A program made the translations under genes and the position numbers. Shown here piece after piece: positions 31,538 to 44,983 of a stretch of 64,000 bases of DNA. Position 1 is the stretch's first letter, and each line of letters starts with the position of its first letter. The notes beneath the pieces are model-generated. The model searched no databases and was not told the DNA's origin. It was given only the letters and a program-made list of their open reading frames with translations. Origin of the DNA: an uncultured bacterium. GTDB taxonomy: Bacteria; Krumholzibacteriota; Krumholzibacteriia; JACNKJ01. The DNA lies in the NCBI GenBank assembly GCA_963695095.1, contig CAVOFT010000001.1, forward strand, positions 992,001-1,056,000, given 5' to 3'.

Positions 31538-32665
31538 TTAGGGCGCGCTGCCGACGTCAGGGACCACCCGCCAGATCGTGCCCGCGAGGTCCGCATAGTA
31601 GATGGCGCCATCTGGGCCGGTAGCGAGCGAAACGACCAGCCCAGCGTTCTCGAGTAGTGTACCGGTGCGGACGATTGACTTCCCATCAGCATCGACCACG
31701 AGGTAGCGGATCCAGCCGCGGACATAGTCAGCGATCACGAGTGCATCATCCATCCCCGGATAGCGCCCGCCCCGGTAGACCATGCCGCAGATCACGGCAG
31801 CTCCGGTGCCAGCATGGGGATAGGAGTACAGGGGCGCCACGTGCGAGTTGCAATCGCAGGAGTCGAGCAGCGGATCGTCGCAGGGGCCTGAGCAGGGCGG
31901 GTATCCGAAATCGGCGCCGGGGTGGGCGAGATGGACATCCTCCCATGCTGTCATCTGATTGTTGCCTCCGACCTCGGCTATCCAGAAGCGGTGACTCTCC
32001 AGATCCCAGCAAGCCCGGAATGGATTGCGCAGCCCGATGGCCCAGATGCCATCCTGTGATGGGCCCTCACCATCCGCAAAGGGATTATCGTGGGGGATCC
32101 CACCATCAGGCTTCAGTCTGAAGATCTTCCCTCCCGCACGGCTGAGATCCCTTGGCTGGCTCGCATCGTCCTCATCTCCGGTGGTGAAGTAGAGCATTGA
32201 ATCTGGTCCGAATCCAAGACTACCGCCGAAGTGGATGGCGCCGCGAGCGGAGTCCGGGTCCTCCCAGACGATTTCCTCAGTCCCTGGTACCGCCAGATCC
32301 GAGTTGCCCTGCCAGTACGAGATGCGAAATCGCTGAGCAGATAGCGAACAGTAGTAGGTGTAGAAGCGGCGAGTGCGGGCGAAGGCGGGGTCGAAGCAAA
32401 AGTCCAAGAGGCCCGCTTCACCTTGGTTCAGGATATCCGGGAGTTGCAAGTACACTGCCGGCGCTGCGCTGCCGTATGGCTGAGAGTAGCGCATGATGCG
32501 GCCCGACTTTTCGGCAACGAATAACGAGCCGTCAGGTGCGAAGTGCAGGGCAATGGGCTGCTCAAGCCCCGTCACCACCTGTTCGCGGCTGTAATGGGCT
32601 TGCTTGGGGCGACTACAGCACAGGCCCAAGGTAAGCAGGATTAGCCAGGCCGCGCAGCGCTGCAT
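31538..32665 (-). CDS. PQQ-dependent sugar dehydrogenase (glucose/sorbosone dehydrogenase family), probable lipoprotein
   Basis: LFVAEKSGRI, GEAGLL, HFGGSLGFGPD.MLYFTTGD, GKIFRL...IPHDNPF, GLRNPFR. Confidence 0.9.
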   Translation of the reverse strand: MQRCAAWLILLTLGLCCSRPKQAHYSREQVVTGLEQPIALHFAPDGSLFVAEKSGRIMRYSQPYGSAAPAVYLQLPDILNQGEAGLLDFCFDPAFARTRRFYTYYCSLSAQRFRISYWQGNSDLAVPGTEEIVWEDPDSARGAIHFGGSLGFGPDSMLYFTTGDEDDASQPRDLSRAGGKIFRLKPDGGIPHDNPFADGEGPSQDGIWAIGLRNPFRACWDLESHRFWIAEVGGNNQMTAWEDVHLAHPGADFGYPPCSGPCDDPLLDSCDCNSHVAPLYSYPHAGTGAAVICGMVYRGGRYPGMDDALVIADYVRGWIRYLVVDADGKSIVRTGTLLENAGLVVSLATGPDGAIYYADLAGTIWRVVPDVGSAP

Positions 32666-32671
32666 TGGCGC

Positions 32672-33025
32672 TCACGTGAGCAGCGCGGCGGTTTCGTCGC
32701 GCGTGAGGACGTAGATCCCGTAGATGCCCAGAGCCGTGCCCAGGGGAATGTTGAGCAGGCTGAGAATGCAGACGAGCAGGCCCAGGATGCGTGCCCACTT
32801 CTTGCCGTAGAGCAGCCCAATGCCGGCGATGAGACCGGGCAGGGCCAGCAGGATGAAGAAGCCGCCGATCACGGCGGCCACCGTGCTGGTGATGGCGATC
32901 GCTGTCATGTCGCCCGAGAGCAAGCCGCCGCCGGCGATCGAGATGAAGATGATCATCGCCACGAGCAGGCTCAAGGCGCTGTGCGCGATGAGAAAGGCCC
33001 CGAGCAGGGTCAGGTGCTGGCGCAT
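32672..33025 (-). CDS. Small membrane protein (3-4 TM)
   Basis: MRQHLTLLG...LPGLIAGIGLLYGKKWARIL...LNIPLGTALGIYGIYVL; GAAGGGAG RBS. Confidence 0.8.
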   Translation of the reverse strand: MRQHLTLLGAFLIAHSALSLLVAMIIFISIAGGGLLSGDMTAIAITSTVAAVIGGFFILLALPGLIAGIGLLYGKKWARILGLLVCILSLLNIPLGTALGIYGIYVLTRDETAALLT

Positions 33026-33176
33026 GAGATCTCCCTTCGCCGGCGGGTTCGGCCCGCAGGGTAGCCCCAGCCGCGGCGCGTCGCAAGGAGATCTCCGTGG
33101 CCAAACGCTGTTCCCTGGACGCCAGGGCCGACGCGAGCTATAGTAAGCGGCTTCGCGCGCACCCTGGGGAGGACCG

Positions 33177-34160
33177 ATGATCGAGTCAAAGCGCCTGCTC
33201 GCAACGGGTGAGTTCCTGCTCTCCCAGCCGCGGGTGCGCCTGCTGCTGCACAAGCACCCGGACGGCGATGTCCTCGGCTCCTGCCTGGGCCTGGCGCGCT
33301 TCCTGGCCGGTCGCGGCATCGATGTCGCCGTCTTCGGCCCCTACGATCGCTCGGCGAAGTTCGATTTCCTGGCGGGATTCGCGGCGATCCAGGACGGCCG
33401 CGAGGAGGCCCGCGCACCTCGCTTCGCCGACACGCTCTACGTCGTCATGGACAGCACGGGCGTCGATCGCACGGGCTTCCAGGAGGGCGATTTCCAGCGC
33501 CTGCTGCGGCTCGACCACCACATCGGCGGCAGCGCCTACGACCCGCACGACCTCGTGGACACGCGCTACGGCGCCACGGCGCTCCTCGTGGCCGATCTCC
33601 TGCGCGCTCTGGATGAAGCGGCCATCGACGCGCCGCTGGCGACCTGCCTCTACACCGGCCTGATGACCGACACCGGTGGCTTCCGCTACACCAACACCGA
33701 CGCCCACGTGTTCCGCAGCGCGAGCTTCCTGGTGGAGCGCGGCGCCGAGCCGGCCACGATTGCGGCCTTCGTCCACGAGCGGCGCTCGCCCGTCTACTTG
33801 CAGCTCATGCAGAGGGCACTGGCCTCCCTGGAGTACCACGAGAACCGCCGGGTGGCCGTCATCACGCTGACGCCTGAAGGCCTGCCGCCGGAGGCCAGTG
33901 CGCTCTTCGGCGAGGATGACTTCATCAACCTCCCCCGCAGCCTGGCCGGCGTGGACGTCGTCGTGCAGTTCAAGCTGGCCCTCGATGGCGAGTGGAAGGT
34001 GGGCTTCCGGGGCAAGGGCCGGGTGAACGTCCAGGCGATCGCCCTGGCCCTGGGCGGCGGCGGCCATTTCTCGGCCTCGGGCTGCGAGTTGCGGGGCGAG
34101 CTGGCCGACGTGAGATCGCGGGTGCTCGAGCAAGTCCGTGCCGGCCTCCGAGCCGTGTAA
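33177..34160 (+). CDS. nrnA: DHH family phosphoesterase (oligoribonuclease/pAp phosphatase NrnA)
   Basis: HKHPDGDVLGS, LDHH, LYTGLMTDTGGFRY, GGGGHFSASG. Confidence 0.9.
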   Translation: MIESKRLLATGEFLLSQPRVRLLLHKHPDGDVLGSCLGLARFLAGRGIDVAVFGPYDRSAKFDFLAGFAAIQDGREEARAPRFADTLYVVMDSTGVDRTGFQEGDFQRLLRLDHHIGGSAYDPHDLVDTRYGATALLVADLLRALDEAAIDAPLATCLYTGLMTDTGGFRYTNTDAHVFRSASFLVERGAEPATIAAFVHERRSPVYLQLMQRALASLEYHENRRVAVITLTPEGLPPEASALFGEDDFINLPRSLAGVDVVVQFKLALDGEWKVGFRGKGRVNVQAIALALGGGGHFSASGCELRGELADVRSRVLEQVRAGLRAV

Positions 34161-34187
34161 GCGATCGGCGACAGCTATCGCCACCAG

Positions 34188-34216
34188 TTGACAGTCCGGG
34201 GAACCCTGGCTACACT
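34188..34216 (+). promoter_or_regulatory. Sigma70 promoter of the GAF-sigma54 activator
   Basis: TTGACA-17nt-TACACT, then GAGG RBS before ATG 34248. Confidence 0.65.
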
Positions 34217-34247
34217 TGCGGTGCCTCCTTCCTCATGAGGTGCCGAG

Positions 34248-36005
<1,758 letters not shown>

Positions 36006-36011
36006 ACATAT

Positions 36012-36163
36012 GGCGACATTGTGACGCTGAAGGCTGTCGCACCTAATCGCATGATTTTATGCAGGTTATGTCCGATCGTCGAGATATGTCGCCTATTGTT
36101 TACGAATGCCAACTCCGACTCCACCTCCATTGCGCTCGCGATCGAGATCTTAACCCACTGAAA
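36012..36163 (+). promoter_or_regulatory. Putative upstream activator sequences and IHF-like sites
   Basis: GGCGACAT (36012-36019) with inverted copies TGTCGC (36035-36040) and ATGTCGCC (36086-36093); minus-strand AATCATGCGATTA (36044-36056) and TTTCAGTGGGTTA (36151-36163) resemble WATCAANNNNTTR; AT-rich. Confidence 0.5.
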
Positions 36164-36214
36164 CATAGCGAGTTATGGCCTCTCTCCCGTTTCGGAAGCG
36201 ATGCGTAAGCTTGC

Positions 36215-36230
36215 GGGCACTCCGGTTGCT
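36215..36230 (+). promoter_or_regulatory. Sigma54 (-24/-12) promoter
   Basis: GGGCACTCCGGTTGCT = GG-N10-GC with GGCAC and TTGC flanks, ~57 nt upstream of ATG 36287. Confidence 0.8.
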
Positions 36231-36286
36231 CTAGGAAGGGTGACGACCTTCGGGGCGATTCGAGGACACCAACGGGAGGCAATGCA

Positions 36287-36361
36287 ATGTTGATCACTCT
36301 ACTGACTGCGCTGATGGGTGCCTACCTCACCAAGACCTGGTGGACCAAGACCTGGTGGTAG
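36287..36361 (+). CDS. 24-aa peptide MLITLLTALMGAYLTKTWWTKTWW (putative signal/RiPP precursor 1)
   Basis: GGAGG RBS 7 nt upstream; hydrophobic leader plus tandem TKTWW; paralogous to 36434..36511. Confidence 0.8.
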   Translation: MLITLLTALMGAYLTKTWWTKTWW

Positions 36362-36511
36362 GAGAGGTCTGACTCAAACGGATGATCACGCACCCTGGCG
36401 AAGGCGGGGAGTGATCCGACAAGGAGGTCACCAATGCTGTTCGTCTACTTGGCCATGATTTCGACCACTGTACTCACCGCGACCAAGACCTGGTGGAAGA
36501 CCTGGTGGTAG
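36329..36511 (+). repeat. Four copies of (ACC)AAGACCTGGTGG coding (T)KTWW
   Basis: ACCAAGACCTGGTGG at 36329, 36344 and 36482; AAGACCTGGTGG at 36497; both tandems end in TAGG. Confidence 0.9.
36434..36511 (+). CDS. 25-aa peptide MLFVYLAMISTTVLTATKTWWKTWW (putative signal/RiPP precursor 2)
   Basis: AAGGAGGT RBS 5 nt upstream; same C-terminal tandem motif behind a divergent hydrophobic leader. Confidence 0.8.
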   Translation: MLFVYLAMISTTVLTATKTWWKTWW

Positions 36512-36557
36512 GTCGCTAGCAGATTCCGCTCCGTTCCCCCCGGTACGAGTGGAACCA

Positions 36558-36644
36558 GGACCGGAGACCATTCCGGTCCACCTTCAAGGATGGCTCTGAC
36601 TGGATGTCAGAGCTCCGGCCTTCCCAATCGGGAAGGCCGGGTTC
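36558..36644 (+). terminator. Three consecutive perfect hairpins after the peptide genes (terminator or structured 3' UTR)
   Basis: GGACCGGA/TCCGGTCC (36558-36579), GCTCTGAC/GTCAGAGC (36593-36613), CCGGCCTTCCC/GGGAAGGCCGG (36615-36640). Confidence 0.55.
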
Positions 36645-36689
36645 ACTGAGCGAAAACTAGGGAGGCCGACGTTGAGGAGACGACGGAAC

Positions 36690-36800
36690 ATGGAGCGCGA
36701 TGGGAGCCGTGGCCGCAGCGGCCCCGGACCCCTGATCGCGGTCCTGAGATTTCTGGCCCTGCTGTCCACAGCGCCCGCAAAGGCGCGCTGGATCGGCTAG
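36690..36800 (+). CDS. Possible 36-aa small peptide MERDGSRGRSGPGPLIAVLRFLALLSTAPAKARWIG
   Basis: GAGGAG 10 nt upstream of ATG; short hydrophobic core; TAG at 36798-36800. Confidence 0.35.
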   Translation: MERDGSRGRSGPGPLIAVLRFLALLSTAPAKARWIG

Positions 36801-37026
36801 TCGGCGCCGCGCAGCGTCCCATCAACGCTGCGGGGAGTCAGCCGGGATCTTGCTGTCGTCTGCCTGTTGACCACGTCAAGGGCCTGCTGCGACTGCGGCA
36901 GGCCCTCTTCGTTGCTGCTAGCCGCGCTTGTGATGTTTTCCGCATTCCCTGCTTGATTCCGGAGAGGGCCCTGGCTATCCTGTCCCGGCTCCAAGATTCC
37001 AACTCCGCAACAGCAGCCGTAGGACC

Positions 37027-37320
37027 ATGGGTCGACTGCACCGATGGGCCAGACGCCTGGTGACAGGGCGGGGGCAGGACGCAAGCTCGTTCTCGCTCGC
37101 TCATGTCGGTCTGACCTATGGTGCCGCCGTCGCGCTCTACGCGCTCGGCGGCTGGTGGCTGGATCGGCGGCTGGGAACCCTGCCCTGGTTCACCTTGCTG
37201 GGCGTGATCTTGGGTGCAGGAGGCGGGTTTCTCTGGGTCTACCGCGAGGTGGCCCGGGCCGAAACCCAGTCGCGAGCAGACAAGACCGCCAGGAGGGAAA
37301 GGGAATCGAAGCCGCCGTGA
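37027..37320 (+). CDS. atpZ: ATP synthase-associated AtpZ/AtpI (ATPase gene 1) protein; start uncertain
   Basis: GGWWLDRRLGTLPWFTLLGVILG motif; first gene of atp operon. Confidence 0.8.
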   Translation: MGRLHRWARRLVTGRGQDASSFSLAHVGLTYGAAVALYALGGWWLDRRLGTLPWFTLLGVILGAGGGFLWVYREVARAETQSRADKTARRERESKPP

Positions 37321-37730
37321 GACGCCCTGCGGGCATCGGTTTCCTCGTGCTGGCGGGCCTGCTGCTGATCGCTCTGCTCGTCTCCCGGATGCTGTGGGCG
37401 GAGGATCCGCCCCGCCGGGATGGGGTGAGCGCCGGCCTGGGCGCGGTGGTCGTCGCCGTGGCCGCCAGCCTCATCCCGCTGCGCCGGAGGCTCTCGGGGA
37501 CCAACCTGAGCTTCCTGCAGGCTTACTTCGCGGGCATGCTCCTGCGCATCGCCCTGCTGGCGCTCATCGGTTTGGGCGTGTGGCGCGCCACGGATTGGGA
37601 CCTGCGCGCCTGGCTGATCGCGGTGGCCTTGAGCTATCCGCTGGCCATGGCCATCGAAGGCTGGGCCCTGTCGCGGGAGTTTGCCCGCCGGGAGCCGCCG
37701 GCGCGGAATGAAACTGGAGCGAAACGGTGA
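37317..37730 (+). CDS. atpI: ATP synthase protein I-like membrane protein
   Basis: GTG overlapping upstream stop; four TM segments, GMLLRIALL; lies between atpZ and atpB. Confidence 0.65.
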   Translation: MRRPAGIGFLVLAGLLLIALLVSRMLWAEDPPRRDGVSAGLGAVVVAVAASLIPLRRRLSGTNLSFLQAYFAGMLLRIALLALIGLGVWRATDWDLRAWLIAVALSYPLAMAIEGWALSREFARREPPARNETGAKR

Positions 37731-38728
37731 TGCCCCTCATGTTCGCGGCCATCCACACCGGAAGCCACGGCGCCGCCGCCGCGGACAGCCTCGCGCAGGG
37801 GGCCGGCGCCGCCGACAGTCTCGCCCACGCAGCAGGCGCCCTGCAGGCTGCTGCGCATGATGCCGGCCACGCCGTCGAGCAGGTGGCGGCGCACGCCGCC
37901 GAGCACGGCGCCAGCCTCGATCCGCTCGGGCACGTGATCAACCGCGACTACTGGGAGCTCACCCACGCGCTCAAGTGGAATCTGGCCGAGCTGATCCCGC
38001 TGCCCAGCTTCAAGATCGGCAGCCTGACGGTCGATCTCGCGCCCTCGCTGCATGTCATCATGCTCTGGCTGGCGGCGATCGTGCTCACGCTGCTCGTCGC
38101 CCGCGCCGCGCGCCAGACGGACCGGGACGGGCTCGTCCCGCGCGGGCGCCTGCGCAACTTCTTCGAGGCCATCGTCGTCTTCCTGCGCGACGAGGTGGTC
38201 TACACCATCATGGGGCCCAAGGTCGGGCGGCGCTACCTGCCGCTGCTGCTCACCTTCTTCTTCTTCATCCTCATTACCAGCCTGCTCGGGCTGGTGCCTT
38301 CCCTGGCCTCGGCGACGGGCAACATCAACGTGACCGCCACGCTCGCTCTGACCACCTTCTTCGCCACCCAGATCGGCGGCATGCGCGAGAACGGCTTCAT
38401 CGGCCACTGGAAGGCGCTGGTGCCGCCCGGCGTGCCCTGGCCGCTGGTGCCGATCATGATCCCCATCGAGATCATGGGCATGTTCACCAAGCCCTTCGCG
38501 CTCACGGTGCGACTCTTCGCCAACATGATCGCCGGGCACATCATCATCCTGTCCTTCTTCGGGCTCATCTTCAGCCTCAGCCTGAAGACCGCCTACATCT
38601 CCGTCCTGCCCTTCGCGGGCGCCGTGGCGATCAGCGCCTTCGAGATCTTCGTCGCCTTCCTGCAGGCCTTCATCTTCACGTTCCTGTCCACGATCTTCAT
38701 TTTCCAGGCGGTGCACCCCGAGCACTAG
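37727..38728 (+). CDS. atpB: F0F1 ATP synthase subunit a
   Basis: ATGNINVTATLA, KPFALTVRLFANMIAGH, FEIFVAFLQAFIFTFLS. Confidence 0.97.
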   Translation: MMPLMFAAIHTGSHGAAAADSLAQGAGAADSLAHAAGALQAAAHDAGHAVEQVAAHAAEHGASLDPLGHVINRDYWELTHALKWNLAELIPLPSFKIGSLTVDLAPSLHVIMLWLAAIVLTLLVARAARQTDRDGLVPRGRLRNFFEAIVVFLRDEVVYTIMGPKVGRRYLPLLLTFFFFILITSLLGLVPSLASATGNINVTATLALTTFFATQIGGMRENGFIGHWKALVPPGVPWPLVPIMIPIEIMGMFTKPFALTVRLFANMIAGHIIILSFFGLIFSLSLKTAYISVLPFAGAVAISAFEIFVAFLQAFIFTFLSTIFIFQAVHPEH

Positions 38729-38771
38729 TCGCCGGGGCGCGCGCGCACACCCTGACCCAGGAGGACTCTCA

Positions 38772-39011
38772 ATGCTTCCGGTTCTCGCTCAGATCAACGC
38801 TGCTCATCTGGCCGCGGGCTTCGGTGCGGGTATCGCCGTCTTCGGCGCCGGCTTCGGCATCGGCAAGCTGGCCTCGTCCGCGATGGAGGGCATCGCCCGC
38901 CAGCCCGAGGCCGCCGGCGACATCCGCGGCGCCATGATCCTGGCCGCGGCGCTCATCGAAGGCATCGGCCTGTTCGCGCTCGTCATCTGCATCATGCTCG
39001 CGACCAAGTAA
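38772..39011 (+). CDS. atpE: F0F1 ATP synthase subunit c
   Basis: GAGFGIG...ARQPE...AALIEG. Confidence 0.97.
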   Translation: MLPVLAQINAAHLAAGFGAGIAVFGAGFGIGKLASSAMEGIARQPEAAGDIRGAMILAAALIEGIGLFALVICIMLATK

Positions 39012-39038
39012 CCGAGGGTCAGTCGAAGGGATCCAGTC

Positions 39039-39590
39039 ATGCTTGACCTGACTCCCGCCGGGCTTCCCCTCCTGGCCGCCGTCGAGGGCGGCCGCAAGTT
39101 CGGCCTGCTCAGCCCCGACCCAGGATTGATCCTGTGGACGGTCCTCACCTTCCTGGGCCTGCTCTTCCTGCTGCGGAAGACGGCCTGGGGGCCGATCGTG
39201 GACGGCCTGGACCGCCGCGAGGAGACGATCCGCGCTGCGCTCGGCGACGCCGAGAAGGCGCGCGACGAGGGCAAGCGCCTGCTCGCCGAGCAGGAGGCCG
39301 CTCTCGTGGCCGCCCGCAAGGAGGCGCAGGCCTTCATCGATCAGGGGGCCGCCACCGCCCGCGCGCTGCAGGAGGAAATGGTCGCCAAGGCCCAGAGCGA
39401 GGCCAGCGCCATCGTGGCTTCCGCTCGGCAGGAGATCGAGCTGGAGACTGACCGCGCCCGCGAAGCGCTGCGCGCCGAGGTCGTCGATCTCAGCCTGCGC
39501 GTCGCCGGGCGCCTGCTCGAGCGCTCCCTCGCCGATCCGGACCACGAGCGCCTCGCCAAGGAGTTCATGAGCCAGGTGGAGAAGTCGTGA
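39039..39590 (+). CDS. atpF: F0F1 ATP synthase subunit b
   Basis: PDPGLILWTVLTF...AWGPI...RREETI, long coiled coil. Confidence 0.95.
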   Translation: MLDLTPAGLPLLAAVEGGRKFGLLSPDPGLILWTVLTFLGLLFLLRKTAWGPIVDGLDRREETIRAALGDAEKARDEGKRLLAEQEAALVAARKEAQAFIDQGAATARALQEEMVAKAQSEASAIVASARQEIELETDRAREALRAEVVDLSLRVAGRLLERSLADPDHERLAKEFMSQVEKS

Positions 39591-40142
39591 GGTACGCGGC
39601 CATCGCCCGGGTCTACGCCGCTGCGCTCCTGGAGCTTGCCGTCGAGCAGGACCAGGTGCCCGCCGTCGTGGCCGACCTGGAGCGCCTGGCCGCGCTCTGG
39701 GCCGAGAGCCCGGACTTCAAGCGGCTGCTCGAGTCGCCGGAGCTGAGCGCGACCCAGAAGCGGCGCGCGCTGGAGCGGATCCTCGCCGAGGCCGCCTCCC
39801 CGCTCACGCTGCGCTTCCTGCTCGCGCTGATGCGCCGGCACCGGGAGCCCCTGCTCGGCAATATCCTGGCCATGTTCCACCGCCTGCTCGACGAGCGCGA
39901 GCAGCGCCTGCGCGGCCGCCTCGTCAGCGCCCGCGCCCTGGGCGCGGGGGAGCACGGCCCGCATCGAGGCCGCGCTCAGCCGGCGCACGGGCGCCACCGT
40001 CCTCCTGGAGACGGCCACCGACGAAGAGCTGCTGGCCGGCATGGTGCTGCACCTGGCCGATCAAACCGTGGACGGCAGCCTCAGGACGCGCCTGGGCAGC
40101 CTGCGCGACCGTCTGCTGACGGCCACGCTGGGAAAGGAATGA
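39587..40142 (+). CDS. atpH: F0F1 ATP synthase subunit delta (frameshift near 39955)
   Basis: [14 protein letters not shown]-terminus; alternate frame gives ...[32 protein letters not shown]...KE*. Confidence 0.9.
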
Positions 40143-40143
40143 G

Positions 40144-41655
<1,512 letters not shown>

Positions 41656-41662
41656 GAACGCG

Positions 41663-42529
41663 ATGGCCAACGCCAAGGACATCCAGAAGCGGATCAAGAG
41701 CGTCACCAGTACGCACAAGATCACACGCACCATGGAGATGGTGGCCACCAGCCGCTTCAAGCGGGCCGTGGATCGTCTGGTGGCGGCGCGGCCCTTCGCC
41801 GAGACCCTGCCGCGCATGCTCGCCCTGCTCGCCGCCGGCGGCGAGGCGCACCCGCTCCTGGCCACGCGGCCGGTGGTGAAGCGGGTGGCGATCCTCGTGC
41901 TCACCACCAATCGCGGGCTCTGCGGCGCCATCAACACGAACATCCTGCGCCTGGCGCTACGCTTCGCGCGCGAGCAGGAGGCGCAGGGCCGGGCGGTGGA
42001 CATCTACGTCGCCGGGCGCAAGGGCGCGAACTACCTGCGCTTCATCGGCCGGCCGGTCAAGTTCCAGACCACCGAGCTCAGCGAGCAGCCCCAGCCGGAG
42101 GACGCCGAGCGCCTGGCGGGCATGCTGGCGGAGGCCTTCCTGGCCGGCGAGGTCGATGAGGTGCACGTCGCCTTCCCGCGCTTCAAGAACGCCGCCGAGC
42201 AGCCGGCCACGCTCGACCGCGTGCTGCCGCTCACGCTGCCCGCAGACAGCGAGGAGCCGGGAACGGCGCGCCCGCAGTTCATCCTCGAGCCCGATGCCGA
42301 GCGCCTGCTCGGCGAGCTGCTGCCGCTCTACTTGCGCAACAGCTTCTTCCGCGTCCTGCTCGAGATGGCGGCCAGCGAGCAGGGGGCGCGGCGCACCGCG
42401 ATGAAGGCGGCCTCGGACAGCGCCAAGGAGATGATCTCCAACCTGACCCTGTCCTACAACAAGGCCCGCCAGGCCCAGATCACCAAGGAACTCCTGGAAA
42501 TCGTCGGCGGCGCAGAGGCCCTGAAGTAG
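41663..42529 (+). CDS. atpG: F0F1 ATP synthase subunit gamma
   Basis: KITRTMEMVA, RGLCG, SEQGARRTAM, NKARQAQITKELLEIVGGA. Confidence 0.98.
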   Translation: MANAKDIQKRIKSVTSTHKITRTMEMVATSRFKRAVDRLVAARPFAETLPRMLALLAAGGEAHPLLATRPVVKRVAILVLTTNRGLCGAINTNILRLALRFAREQEAQGRAVDIYVAGRKGANYLRFIGRPVKFQTTELSEQPQPEDAERLAGMLAEAFLAGEVDEVHVAFPRFKNAAEQPATLDRVLPLTLPADSEEPGTARPQFILEPDAERLLGELLPLYLRNSFFRVLLEMAASEQGARRTAMKAASDSAKEMISNLTLSYNKARQAQITKELLEIVGGAEALK

Positions 42530-44243
<1,714 letters not shown>

Positions 44244-44271
44244 GCCGCCGCCGGCAGCCACCGACAACGCA

Positions 44272-44297
44272 AAGGCCCCGGCAGTCGCCGGGGCCTT
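44272..44297. terminator. Hairpin terminator between convergent genes
   Basis: AAGGCCCCGGC-AGTC-GCCGGGGCCTT. Confidence 0.7.
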
Positions 44298-44320
44298 CGC
44301 TGTTCGGGGCGCCGCGGGCG

Positions 44321-44845
44321 CTAGCGCAGGGTGACCGCGCTGCGATCGACGAGCGCCAGGCCGTCGATGCGCCAGACGGTGTAGGGCTCGTTCGTGCCGC
44401 CCTCGGCGAAGATCCGGGCGCCGTCGCCGACGAGGCCGATGCGGCCGCCGTCCAGCTCGGCGACCTGGTAGGCCAGCTCGAGCTTGGGCAGCAGGTTGAG
44501 GCTGAGCTCGCCGCCCGTGGCGGCCCGCAGATCCTGGGTGAAGCGGCGGCTGAGACCGCCCTTGGCGGCCTGGTCCGTTCGATGCTCCACGAGGAAGAGG
44601 GCCTGGATGCCCTCCAGGCTGCCGAGCGCCTTCCGATCGATGCTCAGGCTGCCCTCGGCGACCGTGAAGCTGCCGCGGGCGTAGGTGCTGTCGATGGGGC
44701 CCTCGACGGCCGCGAGGCCCTCGATGGCGGTGGCCTGGATGACGAGGAGCTTGCCCTCCGGAACGGCGGCGCTGGCCGCGCTCGCGGCGAAAAGCCCGAG
44801 CAGGAGGAGGGGAATCCCCAGTCGCCGCATGTTGCTGATGCTCAT
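44321..44845 (-). CDS. Secreted hypothetical protein
   Basis: Signal peptide MRRLGIPLLLLGLFAASAASA; GAGGACAGGA upstream. Confidence 0.65.
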   Translation of the reverse strand: MSISNMRRLGIPLLLLGLFAASAASAAVPEGKLLVIQATAIEGLAAVEGPIDSTYARGSFTVAEGSLSIDRKALGSLEGIQALFLVEHRTDQAAKGGLSRRFTQDLRAATGGELSLNLLPKLELAYQVAELDGGRIGLVGDGARIFAEGGTNEPYTVWRIDGLALVDRSAVTLR

Positions 44846-44983
44846 GATGTCCTGTCCTCGGGTGAGAGGGATCGGGCGGTGGAAGATCAATCTTACCAGT
44901 TTGTCGGGGGGCGCCACAAGGGCAGCGGCGCTTGCCGGGCGTCGGCGAAGGGGCTAAGTTCGCAGGGCGATACCGGAGGGTCA

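Noticed and set aside
36329..36511. ACCAAGACCTGGTGG repeats as a CRISPR array or iterons
   Set aside because: Units are 12-15 nt, directly tandem without spacers, in frame within two RBS-led ORFs; no cas or rep gene
36287..36644. Trp attenuator leader peptide
   Set aside because: Trp-rich ORFs with hairpins are suggestive, but downstream genes are the atp operon rather than trp genes, there are two paralogous ORFs with hydrophobic leaders, and the promoter is sigma54-type; not wholly excluded
36512..37026. RNase P, tmRNA, SRP or tRNA in the long intergenic region
   Set aside because: No GAGGAAAGTCC, tRNA-like ends or T-loop consensus seen on either strand
38772..39011. Na+-translocating ATP synthase
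   Set aside because: Subunit c has IEG, lacking the Gln and E-S/T Na+-binding signature; H+ type is more likely
39940..39965. Programmed frameshifting in atpH and other genes
   Set aside because: No consistent slippery motif; indels are scattered over unrelated genes as expected from sequencing error
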